Below are positions 1 to 8,074 of a stretch of DNA of 15,397 nt, in pieces. Every line of letters starts with the position of its first letter. The first letter of the stretch is position 1. The position numbers and the translations under genes were made by a program. The notes beneath the pieces are model-generated. The model made no database searches. It was not told the origin of the DNA and saw only the letters and a list, made by a program, of their open reading frames with translations. This DNA is from Candidatus Sumerlaeia bacterium (lineage in GTDB: Bacteria > Sumerlaeota > Sumerlaeia > SLMS01): contig JBBQYG010000092.1 of the NCBI GenBank assembly GCA_038208905.1, positions 1 through 15,397 on the forward strand, in the 5' to 3' direction.

Positions 1-1
1 T

Positions 2-574
2 GGTTTCATGGGGCTGCGCGATCTGCTGCCGGCGCTCTCCGATGCGGGGCGCGACGACTTGGCCTACGACCTCGCGCTGCGCGAGCGGTTCCCCGGCTGG
101 GGATATCAGATCGCCAACGGCGCCACAACGATCTGGGAACGGTGGGACGGTTGGACGCGCGAGATGGGCCTTCAGGATCCGGGAATGAACTCATTCAACC
201 ACTATTCACTCGGAGCAGTCGGTCAGTGGATGATGGGCTACATGGGGGGGATCGATGCGGTCACTCCGGGGTACCGGAAATTGCGCATCCGCCCGCGGCT
301 TGATGATCGCCTTTCCCACGTGAAGGCGCGCGTGGAGACGATCCACGGCGCCGCGTCCTGTGCGTGGTCGCAGCGCGGTGGTCCGTTCGAGATGATCTGT
401 CGCATTCCGCCCAATACCACGGCGGAGGTCTGGGTGCCGCGAACGGGCGGTGCATCGCTGCTTGAATCGGGTCTGCCTGTCGAGCAGGCAGAGGGACTGC
501 GGGTGCTGCCGGGCAACGACTCCCACTGGATCGTGGAAGCCGTGCCCGGCCACTACAAGTTCACCTCACACTGA
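2..574 (+). CDS. alpha-L-rhamnosidase (GH78), C-terminal fragment, truncated at the left window edge
   Basis: Frame is open from the edge (GFMGL...). Contains GH78 motifs GATTIWERWD and MNSFNHYSLGAVGQW, then a C-terminal beta-sandwich (IRP...IPPNTTAEV...GHYKF). rhaM lies nearby. Confidence 0.92.
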   Translation, partial: GFMGLRDLLPALSDAGRDDLAYDLALRERFPGWGYQIANGATTIWERWDGWTREMGLQDPGMNSFNHYSLGAVGQWMMGYMGGIDAVTPGYRKLRIRPRLDDRLSHVKARVETIHGAASCAWSQRGGPFEMICRIPPNTTAEVWVPRTGGASLLESGLPVEQAEGLRVLPGNDSHWIVEAVPGHYKFTSH

Positions 575-1564
575 TTTCCCCGCGAAGAGATCGCGTCCCG
601 CGACGAGCGACCTGAGCTTGCCGTTGGCCGAGCCGCGCGGCAGGTGTTGCAGGCCGCAGTCGGGATTCGCGTAGGCAATGCGCTCCGCGCCGAAGAGCCC
701 GGCGAGTTCCTCCAGGCGCGAGGCCACCTGGGCGGGGCTCTCGATCTGCAGGTCCTTCACGTCGATGACGCCAAAGCCGAAGCGCTTGGGCTTCTCGACC
801 TCGCGGAGCCAGCCGAGTTCGCTCTTGGGGCGGCGCGTGGTCTCGAGCACCAGATGGTCGCAGCGCAGCATATTGAAGTAGGTGATCAGCTTGTCATACT
901 CGCCGTGCTGAATCATCTGTCCGCCGTAGTTTCCGAAGCAGAGGTGCACGGCCTTTCCGGCGCTCTCCAGCGCGTCCAGCACCAGGTTGGTGGCGCGGGC
1001 GGCGATCTCGGACTCGTGGGGGAATCCGGGAAGCGTGGGCTCGTCGATCTGGATCGCTTGGGCATCGATGCCGACGACCTGCTCCGCGAGTGTTGCCGCG
1101 AAGGCCATCGCGAGCGCCTCCAAATCGTTGTAGTGATCGTCGATCACCACCTTGGCCATCATGTAGGGGCTGGTGAGCGTGAACTTGAGCGGCGCCGTGG
1201 TGAGGGCCCGGACGCGGTCCCATTCGGCGCGCAGATTCAGGGTGCCGGAGCCGACCGGCCCAGTGACAACACCGGGGGGCGCCTTGCGGTACTTCGTGTT
1301 GGACTTGGCATAGAAGGCGTCGAGCTGGCGCTTGGTCAGCTCGCAGCTCACGCCCGCCATCGGGCGGACGAATCGCTCCACCATGCCGCCGGGGGCGTTG
1401 CGTTCCAAATCCCAGCGGCCGATCTCGCCGTCGGAAATCAAGTCGATCCCCGCCAGCTCCTGAGCCTTAATCGCCACGGTCACGGCATCCACCAAGGAAT
1501 CGGGGGTGGGAAGGGCTTGCAGCCAAACGGGGACGGGATAGCTACCCACAACGGTGGTCTTCAT
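566..1564 (-). CDS. Cobalamin-independent methionine synthase II family protein (single catalytic barrel, MetE C-terminal-like), 332 aa
   Basis: Begins MKTTVVGSYP, typical of the family; DLISDGE; IQIDEP; Zn ligands HLC (938-946), E of LETT and NPDCGL (PDCGL at 650-664). No N-terminal MetE barrel. Start placed at ATG 1564 rather than 1804, which would overlap rhaM. Confidence 0.88.
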   Translation of the reverse strand: MKTTVVGSYPVPVWLQALPTPDSLVDAVTVAIKAQELAGIDLISDGEIGRWDLERNAPGGMVERFVRPMAGVSCELTKRQLDAFYAKSNTKYRKAPPGVVTGPVGSGTLNLRAEWDRVRALTTAPLKFTLTSPYMMAKVVIDDHYNDLEALAMAFAATLAEQVVGIDAQAIQIDEPTLPGFPHESEIAARATNLVLDALESAGKAVHLCFGNYGGQMIQHGEYDKLITYFNMLRCDHLVLETTRRPKSELGWLREVEKPKRFGFGVIDVKDLQIESPAQVASRLEELAGLFGAERIAYANPDCGLQHLPRGSANGKLRSLVAGRDLFAGKSV

Positions 1565-1647
1565 GATTGGAGGGTCCAAGGAAAGGAGTGGATGATGATC
1601 GTTCGCGATTGATTTCGCTTGAGTCACTCCCCCGGGCTCAAGTGAAT

Positions 1648-1665
1648 ATTTATACCGTACTGCAT
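1648..1665. promoter_or_regulatory. Putative LacI-type operator, copy 1 (ATTTATACCGTACTGCAT), in the divergent metE-like/rhaM gap
   Basis: AT-rich island with a central CG. Positions 1646-1659 match 6127-6140 at 13/14. Right half is degenerate. Confidence 0.5.
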
Positions 1666-1714
1666 TCCGGTTTCGAGACGGAGTGAGGCCAATTTTGCGC
1701 CGAAGGAAGCCATC

Positions 1715-2029
1715 ATGTTGCGTAGCGCGTTCAAAATGAAGCTCAAGCCGGGCTTCGAGGCTGAGTACAAGAGGCGCCACGACAAGATCTGGCCGGAACT
1801 CCACGCCGAACTGGTGGCGGCGGGAATCTGCGACTACTCCATTTTTCTCGACCGGGAGACGCTAACTCTCTTTGCAGTCCATAAGCTGACCGTGGACCAT
1901 ACGGCCCACAAGCTTTCCGGAACGGAAATAGTACGCAAGTGGTGGGACCATATGGCCGACATCATGGATGTGAATTCGGATAACTCTCCGGTCGTGCTAA
2001 CCCTCGAAGAAGTGTTCCACATGGAATGA
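1715..2029 (+). CDS. rhaM: L-rhamnose mutarotase
   Basis: 104 aa with RhaM signatures AFKMKLKPG, EYKRRHDKIWPEL, YSIFLD, KWWDHMADIM and LEEVFHM. SD-like GAAGGAAG upstream. Confidence 0.95.
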   Translation: MLRSAFKMKLKPGFEAEYKRRHDKIWPELHAELVAAGICDYSIFLDRETLTLFAVHKLTVDHTAHKLSGTEIVRKWWDHMADIMDVNSDNSPVVLTLEEVFHME

Positions 2030-3195
2030 AATACAATACGAAACAGCCCCCAAGCGCCATGAAGGAAGTCAAGGGCATCACCCACAAGGACATCGCCAAG
2101 TTCGTGGGTGTCAGCCAAGCCACCGTGTCCAAGGTGCTCAACAACAGGTCCAATAGCATCGGCATCAGCCAGAAGACCCGCCAGGCGGTGATCGAGGCGG
2201 CCAAGGAACTGGGCTATAACAAGGACAAGGTGGCGTCGGGCCTCATCCAGCTTGTGGAGAAGAGCATCGGCATCCTGCTGGAGCACATCGCGAATCCGTT
2301 CTGCAGCGTGATTATGAACGGGATCGAGCACGAGCTGAGTGGGAGCGAGTACCAGTACCTTTTCGCGTCGTCCAACGGCGTTCCCGACCGTTCGCTGAAG
2401 TGCATCCAGTCGATGTCGCGCCGGTTCACCTCGGGCTTCATCCTGATGCCCTTCTACGAGTCCAACACCAGCCAGTCGGTCCACCGATTCCTGAAGGGGC
2501 GAGGCATCCCGTTCGTTCGCACAAACTACCATAACCTGCCCAATGAGTACAACGCGCCGTTGGTGGCGTCCAACAACTATGAGATTTTTCGCGCACTGAC
2601 GGAGCACCTGATTGCACAGGGGCACCGGCGCATCGCGGTCGTTCACCCCACGGCGGAGTATTCCAGCATCGCCGATCGCATCAGGGGGTTTCGCGACGCG
2701 ATGCAGGCCGCCGGGCTGGAGGTTCCAGCCTCGTACCTGGTGGAGCATGCGCGTCAGGACTATTTCCAGATCGAGCCGAAGGAGCAGTTGCTGAGTGGGT
2801 GGATGCGGCAGAAAAATCGTCCCACGGCGATCATGACGCTGAAGGACGACTGCGCGATCCAGTTCATTCTCTTGCTCCGCAAGATGGGGCTGTCCGTCCC
2901 CGGGGACATGGCGGTGACGGGGTTCGACGACTATCTGCATTTCCTTCCGAAGTTCTATCACGAGGCCTATCGCGACCTGACGACCGTCCGCCAGAACCTT
3001 CCGGAGATTGGGCGACAGGCGGTGAAGCGCCTGCTGGCGGAGATCGAGTCGGAATTCCCCAAGGATCTCCCGATGGAAGTGGCCGTTCCGGCAGAGTTGA
3101 TGATCCGCGGGTCCTGCGGTGCCACGCTGGCGCAGGCCAAGGACGACTACAAGTTGGAGCTAAAGGGGCTGGGGCTGGGGTACCTGACGCATTGA
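2026..3195 (+). CDS. LacI-family transcriptional regulator
   Basis: N-terminal HTH ITHKDIAKFVGVSQATVSKVLN with hinge ELGY...VASGL. Sugar-binding domain motifs NPF, GHRRIA, RIRGF, VPGDMAVTGFDD, LTTVRQ, LMIRGS. ATGA overlap with the rhaM stop; alternative start at ATG 2059. Confidence 0.95.
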   Translation: MKYNTKQPPSAMKEVKGITHKDIAKFVGVSQATVSKVLNNRSNSIGISQKTRQAVIEAAKELGYNKDKVASGLIQLVEKSIGILLEHIANPFCSVIMNGIEHELSGSEYQYLFASSNGVPDRSLKCIQSMSRRFTSGFILMPFYESNTSQSVHRFLKGRGIPFVRTNYHNLPNEYNAPLVASNNYEIFRALTEHLIAQGHRRIAVVHPTAEYSSIADRIRGFRDAMQAAGLEVPASYLVEHARQDYFQIEPKEQLLSGWMRQKNRPTAIMTLKDDCAIQFILLLRKMGLSVPGDMAVTGFDDYLHFLPKFYHEAYRDLTTVRQNLPEIGRQAVKRLLAEIESEFPKDLPMEVAVPAELMIRGSCGATLAQAKDDYKLELKGLGLGYLTH

Positions 3196-3244
3196 GGCCG
3201 GCATCTGGATCGCTCCAAATATTTGCGTTGCGACATGCACTGGG

Positions 3245-3262
3245 AATTATGACGCTATAATT
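3245..3262. promoter_or_regulatory. Putative LacI-type operator, copy 2 (AATTATGACGCTATAATT), overlapping a TATAAT -10-like hexamer at 3256-3261
   Basis: 18-bp inverted repeat, 14/18 symmetric, CG centre, ending 22 bp before the GTG at 3285. Confidence 0.6.
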
Positions 3263-3284
3263 ATTCCTTGGGCGTGGGGCCGCC

Positions 3285-6032
3285 GTGATCTTGCGAAATC
3301 TCCTCCTTACGGTACTCCTCTTTGCTGCGCTTGGCGGCACAGCGCAATCCGAGGTCATCGACGGGTTTGAGGGACCGGAACTGGCCGCGCAATGGCTCCC
3401 CCCCGCCAGCGTCGGGAACGAGACGCCCGCGACCCTGGCGTTCGACCTTGCCCACGCGCCGGGCAAGTTGGCGGCGAGCGGCGTCGTGACTCTGGGCGAG
3501 CAGGTACAGTTCCTTATGCTTCGCCCAAACCGGCCACTTGCCGTGGGTGACACGATCCGCCTGCTGATGGGGATGGACGGCGTGGGGCAGAGGTCGGTCG
3601 GCAGCGACTCGGTCTCCGCGGGGTTTGGAATCTTCGACGACCCGATCTCGCCTCGCCGATACGTTCGCCTCAACGTGAACGACGACACGCGGCTGATCCA
3701 TTCCAACGGCAATTCCAGCGTGCTGCCGGGCATCTGGAACGTGGACCAGAGCATCGAGCTTTTCATCCAGCGCGCCGCCCAGTATGAGTACCGCCTTGGC
3801 TACCGTGTGGAGGGTAAGGCGTTTGTGGAACTGGAGGACCGCTATCAGATCCCCGGTCTGGACACTGGGCTTGGCGCGGCGGTCGGGTTGTTCGTCATCT
3901 GGGACGAACGCTCAGGTACGGCGGACGGTAGAATCCTGTTCGACGAGTTGGATTTCGTGGCGAACCCGGGGTTCGCCGCGATCCCCGTGGCGGTCGATGC
4001 GGGGCCGGATCGGTTCTCCTATCCGGGCGAGGTTGTCTATACGAACGGCACGGGGACGACGGGGATAGTGGAGTCCTTTGCGTGGGACTTTGGCGATGCG
4101 GCGAAGCCCAACGACCGCGCCGGCGAGGCCGTGGGCGCGCATGTGTACGATCAGGTTGGTGTCTATACAGCGGCGCTGACCGTGCAGTACGAGGGGGGCG
4201 AGACCGCCACGGATACGGCCACGGTCACGATTGCAGAGAAGCCCGCGGTGACGACGTTGCCGCTGAGGGGGTTTCTTCTGGGCGGTAACAACAACATCCC
4301 GCTGTTCAATGACATCGCCAACTGGGATCGCCAGTTCACGTGGATGGAGGAAGAGGGATACAACATGGGGGTACACCTGCACTTTCACCCCTACCCCTAC
4401 TTTATCCGGATTCCGGGGTATCCCGAGGCCAACAGCAGCGTCAGCGACGCGGAGCTGGCGACGCGGCGCGCGAACTTCGAGACCGTGATCCGAATGGCGG
4501 AAAGCCGGGGAATCGAGACGTGGTTCCTAGTGTACAACATCCACGTGAGCCCGGACTTTGCCGCGTTTCACGGAATCCCCGAGTCGGGGGATTCATTCGA
4601 CGACAGGGGAATGGATAGCGAGCTGGTGCGCGGATATACAACCGCGGCGATCACGGCATTCACGGCGGAGTTTCCGCAAGTCCGCATGAATGTGACCATC
4701 GGCGAATCGCCGATTTCGCCGGTGGAGTTCAACGATGCGGCAGTGTTCAATGCGTTGCGCCAAATGAACCCGCCGCGCGCCACAATCATTCGCGACCAGG
4801 TGGTGCTCCCCTTCGAGATCGAGCGGCTGGCCACGGGGCTCCCGGCACCGTGGCATGTGATGAGCAAGATCACCGAGGAGCAATTTCTGGAGGGGCGCGG
4901 CTATCGAGGACGCCTGTTTCAGGAGGCGCTGGGCAAGCCCACGTTCTACCTCCAGTCGCGCACCTCCGACGGCATGTTCTTTGGCAGCTATCGCATCGCC
5001 CAGGAACAGATCCGCGCGATTGCGGATTCGGGAGGTGCCGGTATTCTGGTCGCCGCCGACGCCAGCATCGAGTGGATGCTGAGAGAGGCATATGGCCGCT
5101 ACATGAACGATCCGCTGCTGGTGGGTTCCGGCGAGGAAACCTTCTGGCAAGGTCGTATCGCCGAGCGCTACGGCATGGGCGTTCCCGCTGCCGACTTCCT
5201 GGAGGCGGGAGAGCATAGCACGCGGATCCTTCCGCTCGTGCGTTCACAGCTGTTCTATCGCAACTGGAACTACCGCACTCAATGGGGCATCCCGCTTATC
5301 TCATTCCTCGGCATGCCGACGGTGACCAGCTATCAGCATGGGAACGCGCATCGACTGGCCGAGGAGGAGGCTTTCTCCTGGTGGTATCCTCGCGAAGCCC
5401 GCAACAGGCGCGACCTGTTGACGGTGCGCGAGTACGTTGACGAGTCCTACGTGAGCCGCGGCGAGGCTTGGACGACGCCGCCACAGATCGCGGGTGAGCT
5501 GGCGTCGCACGCGGCACAGACGTTGGCGCTGATTCCTGCTCTGCGCGGCTTCAATCCGTCCAACAATGTATCGGCCTATCGAAACGAAGTGAACATGATG
5601 GAGGCGGCGGCGCACCTGGGGAACTTCTACGCGTCGAAGCTCCGCGCGGCGATGGCATGGCATCGCTATGCGAGCGGCAAGCAGACCGCCGACGAAGCGC
5701 GTCCGGAGATTCTGACGGGCCTCGCCGATTCGCATCGCCACTTCCGCAAGGCTCGCCTGCTGACTGAGCTGGTGTATGGCGCGGGACATCCGCGGAGCAC
5801 TTTTCGGATGGCTGCGGATGCCGTGCAGCCTCCGTGGCCATCGATCGACCAAAACTATCGTGGGACGATTACCGGCGGGATGGCGGAGGTGGAGAAGGTC
5901 CTCTGCCGCGAGCTCGGCGTGATCGAGCAGTATCTGGCCGACGGAATCAAGACCCTGCCGATCTTTGAAGATATGCAAGCGGGGGCATTGCCGGGTTGCC
6001 CGGATGTTCTGGAGGACTGGACGATTCGGTAA
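3285..6032 (+). CDS. Secreted multidomain protein: signal peptide, beta-rich N-domain, PKD domain, putative glycoside-hydrolase-like barrel and helical C-domain (915 aa)
   Basis: Sec signal MILRNLLLTVLLFAALGGTAQS. PKD signature DAGPD...WDFGD (4083-4097)...HVY...GVYTAALTV at ~3987-4238. Then an alpha/beta segment LRGF...GYN...HPYPYFIRIPGYPEA...AESRGIE...VTIGE resembling uncharacterised GH-type TIM barrels. Function is inferred. Confidence 0.7.
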   Translation: MILRNLLLTVLLFAALGGTAQSEVIDGFEGPELAAQWLPPASVGNETPATLAFDLAHAPGKLAASGVVTLGEQVQFLMLRPNRPLAVGDTIRLLMGMDGVGQRSVGSDSVSAGFGIFDDPISPRRYVRLNVNDDTRLIHSNGNSSVLPGIWNVDQSIELFIQRAAQYEYRLGYRVEGKAFVELEDRYQIPGLDTGLGAAVGLFVIWDERSGTADGRILFDELDFVANPGFAAIPVAVDAGPDRFSYPGEVVYTNGTGTTGIVESFAWDFGDAAKPNDRAGEAVGAHVYDQVGVYTAALTVQYEGGETATDTATVTIAEKPAVTTLPLRGFLLGGNNNIPLFNDIANWDRQFTWMEEEGYNMGVHLHFHPYPYFIRIPGYPEANSSVSDAELATRRANFETVIRMAESRGIETWFLVYNIHVSPDFAAFHGIPESGDSFDDRGMDSELVRGYTTAAITAFTAEFPQVRMNVTIGESPISPVEFNDAAVFNALRQMNPPRATIIRDQVVLPFEIERLATGLPAPWHVMSKITEEQFLEGRGYRGRLFQEALGKPTFYLQSRTSDGMFFGSYRIAQEQIRAIADSGGAGILVAADASIEWMLREAYGRYMNDPLLVGSGEETFWQGRIAERYGMGVPAADFLEAGEHSTRILPLVRSQLFYRNWNYRTQWGIPLISFLGMPTVTSYQHGNAHRLAEEEAFSWWYPREARNRRDLLTVREYVDESYVSRGEAWTTPPQIAGELASHAAQTLALIPALRGFNPSNNVSAYRNEVNMMEAAAHLGNFYASKLRAAMAWHRYASGKQTADEARPEILTGLADSHRHFRKARLLTELVYGAGHPRSTFRMAADAVQPPWPSIDQNYRGTITGGMAEVEKVLCRELGVIEQYLADGIKTLPIFEDMQAGALPGCPDVLEDWTIR

Positions 6033-6128
6033 GAGGGGGACCCATTCGGCCCGGGGGAGGATACCCCGTTGCCGATCCGGCGGATTTTGCCGAGATTGCG
6101 GTTGCGCGCTTGGACCGGTTCGAGGCAT

Positions 6129-6146
6129 ATTTATTCCGTATTAATT
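6129..6146. promoter_or_regulatory. Putative LacI-type operator, copy 3 (ATTTATTCCGTATTAATT)
   Basis: 12/18 symmetric, CG centre, ending 15 bp before ATG 6162. A possible promoter TTGCGC (6102-6107)-N18-CATATT (6126-6131) overlaps it. Confidence 0.55.
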
Positions 6147-6161
6147 AGTCACAGGTGAACG

Positions 6162-7208
6162 ATGAGCAACCGCACCCTCGATATCAACTGCCATTTCCTT
6201 CCCCCGCCCTTCGTGGAATGGGTGCAGAAGACTGGCCTTGTGATGCCCCACATGCTGGAGCGAGCGCGCCGGATTCCAACGATGGTGGACCTGTCGGCGA
6301 GGCTGGCGGCGATGGACGAGTTTCCCGGATACGCGCAGATCCCCTGCCTGGCAGCGCCGCCGATCGAGAGCTATGCGAGCCCGGCCCAGTCGCCCGATGT
6401 AGCCCGCGCGGCGAACGAGAGCCTGGCGGAACTATGCGCCGCCCATCCCCAGCGATTCCCCTCCTTCGTCGCGTCACTCCCCATGAACAACCGGGAGGCG
6501 ATCCTGAAGGAGGCGCGCCACGCGGTTGAGGAACTGAACGCCGCAGGGGTTCAGATCTTCACAAACATCAACGGGCGGCCGGTGGATGGGTCTGATTGCT
6601 TCGACCTGTACGAACTGATGAACAAGCTGGATCGACCGGTGTGGCTGCACCCCTACCGCGACGAGAAGTTTTCCGACTATGCCAGCGAGAAGGAATCGCT
6701 CTACGAAATCTGGTGGGCTTTCGGCTGGCCCTACGAATCGGCGGCGGCAATGGCGCGGCTGGTCTTTGCGGGGTTGTTTGACCGATTTCCCGACATCAAG
6801 GTGATCACGCACCACGCCGGTGGCTTTGTGCCGATGCTGGAGAATCGCCTGAGTCCGGGCCTTGATGTGATCGGCAACAGAACGGCGACCACGCCGAAGC
6901 GGCCACGCGGCCCGCAGCGCGAATCAATCAAGGACGCCTTCCGTCGGTTCTATGCCGATACCGCGACGTTTGGGTCGGCGCTGGCCATCGACTCGGCAGT
7001 GAGATTTTTCCCCGGCAACCGGTTGCTTTTTGCGACGGATATGCCGTTTAGCGGCGTGGCGGAGGCGGGCATTCGCGCGACATACGAAGCGATGGATAGT
7101 CTGGGATTGGGCGAGGCGGAACGCGACGCAATCCTGATCGGCAACGCGGAGCGCCTCTTGCGCCCCGCTCTAACGCACAAAACGACGGAGGAATCGGCGG
7201 CGGGATGA
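6162..7208 (+). CDS. Amidohydrolase-2 family protein (ACMSD/LigW-like decarboxylase/hydratase/lactonase superfamily)
   Basis: N-terminal DINCH metal motif, AN..LAE, VWLHP, GLFDRFPDIKVITHHAGG, FYADTA, LLFATDMPF (catalytic Asp) and ILIGNAERLL. Confidence 0.9.
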   Translation: MSNRTLDINCHFLPPPFVEWVQKTGLVMPHMLERARRIPTMVDLSARLAAMDEFPGYAQIPCLAAPPIESYASPAQSPDVARAANESLAELCAAHPQRFPSFVASLPMNNREAILKEARHAVEELNAAGVQIFTNINGRPVDGSDCFDLYELMNKLDRPVWLHPYRDEKFSDYASEKESLYEIWWAFGWPYESAAAMARLVFAGLFDRFPDIKVITHHAGGFVPMLENRLSPGLDVIGNRTATTPKRPRGPQRESIKDAFRRFYADTATFGSALAIDSAVRFFPGNRLLFATDMPFSGVAEAGIRATYEAMDSLGLGEAERDAILIGNAERLLRPALTHKTTEESAAG

Positions 7209-8074
7209 ACACGCGAATCGACTGCGTACTGGACGAGATGAGCTGGAATGTGGCAGCGGCGCTGTCAGGCGCCAATCAGGTTGGCCTGCGATTTGGCGTG
7301 GTGCGCATGTGTGGCGAAACGCGCTTTCCCGAAGTGTCGGAGAGCGACTGGACGCTTCTGGATTCAGCGGTGGAATCCGGTCGATTGGTGGTGAAGAACG
7401 TCTCGCCGGGTCTTTACAAGGAGGACTTCACGGCAACCGATCTGAATGCGCGAATCGCGCGCGACGTGGCTCAGACGTCGATCGGCGCGCGGCGGCTGGG
7501 AGCCTCTGCGGTGTCGCTTTTCTCCTGGAAAAAATCGCCGGGTGCCGCCGCCCCGCCGATTGGAGAACCCAGCCCCGCGATGCCGGGCGAGTTGCCGAAG
7601 TACGTTCGCCTCCTTGCAGATGGGCTGCACGCGGAGGGGATGACTCCCCTGCTTGAGAATTGCTACTGGCAGTGGGGCGATTCAGGTGCCGCCACGGCGG
7701 AGTTGATTCGCCGCTCGGGAAGTGCCAATCTGCGCCTACTGTGGGATCCCGCCAATTCGATCGCGGCGCGCTGGGACTGGCACCGCGAGGTTGGCGCCGG
7801 CGAGTTTGCTGCCACGGAATTGCTCCTTGGGGAGCTACGTGACGCGTCGAGCTTGGTGGGTGGCGTCCATGTGCGCGATATCGCGCTGGATGCGAACGGG
7901 TGGAAGTGGGTGCCGCTTGGCGATGGAGTGATCGATTGGAATCGCATCCTGCGGGCGCTTGACGAAATTGGATACGAGGGGCCGCTCACGATCGAGCATC
8001 ACCTTCCCAACAAGATCGAGGCAACGCGCCACGCGTTCAACTTCCTCAGCATCCACGCGATGCAGCTTCAATGA
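7205..8074 (+). CDS. Xylose-isomerase-like (AP endonuclease 2) TIM-barrel sugar isomerase/epimerase/lyase family protein
   Basis: Metal-ligand pattern LLEN / WDPAN / VHVRD / LTIEH plus PLGDGVIDW...GYEG. ATGA overlap with the upstream gene. Confidence 0.88.
   Translation: MNTRIDCVLDEMSWNVAAALSGANQVGLRFGVVRMCGETRFPEVSESDWTLLDSAVESGRLVVKNVSPGLYKEDFTATDLNARIARDVAQTSIGARRLGASAVSLFSWKKSPGAAAPPIGEPSPAMPGELPKYVRLLADGLHAEGMTPLLENCYWQWGDSGAATAELIRRSGSANLRLLWDPANSIAARWDWHREVGAGEFAATELLLGELRDASSLVGGVHVRDIALDANGWKWVPLGDGVIDWNRILRALDEIGYEGPLTIEHHLPNKIEATRHAFNFLSIHAMQLQ

Noticed and set aside
644-1612. 322-aa plus-strand ORF
   Set aside because: Antisense shadow of the MetE-like gene with no recognisable motifs; expected from GC-rich codon bias.
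1565-1804. 80-aa N-terminal extension of the MetE-like ORF in the ORF track
   Set aside because: It overlaps rhaM on the opposite strand and spans the promoter gap. Family similarity begins at MKTTVVGSYP (1564).
1834-2961. 375-aa minus-strand ORF
   Set aside because: Antisense shadow of rhaM and lacI with no protein-family features.
3216-3225. Perfect 10-bp palindrome CAAATATTTG after lacI
   Set aside because: Short, occurs once, cannot form a terminator stem-loop, and does not match the recurring CG-centred motif.
6033-6100. GC-rich inverted repeats after the 915-aa gene as an intrinsic terminator or ncRNA
   Set aside because: Stems are only 4-5 bp and mutually exclusive, with no convincing U-tract.
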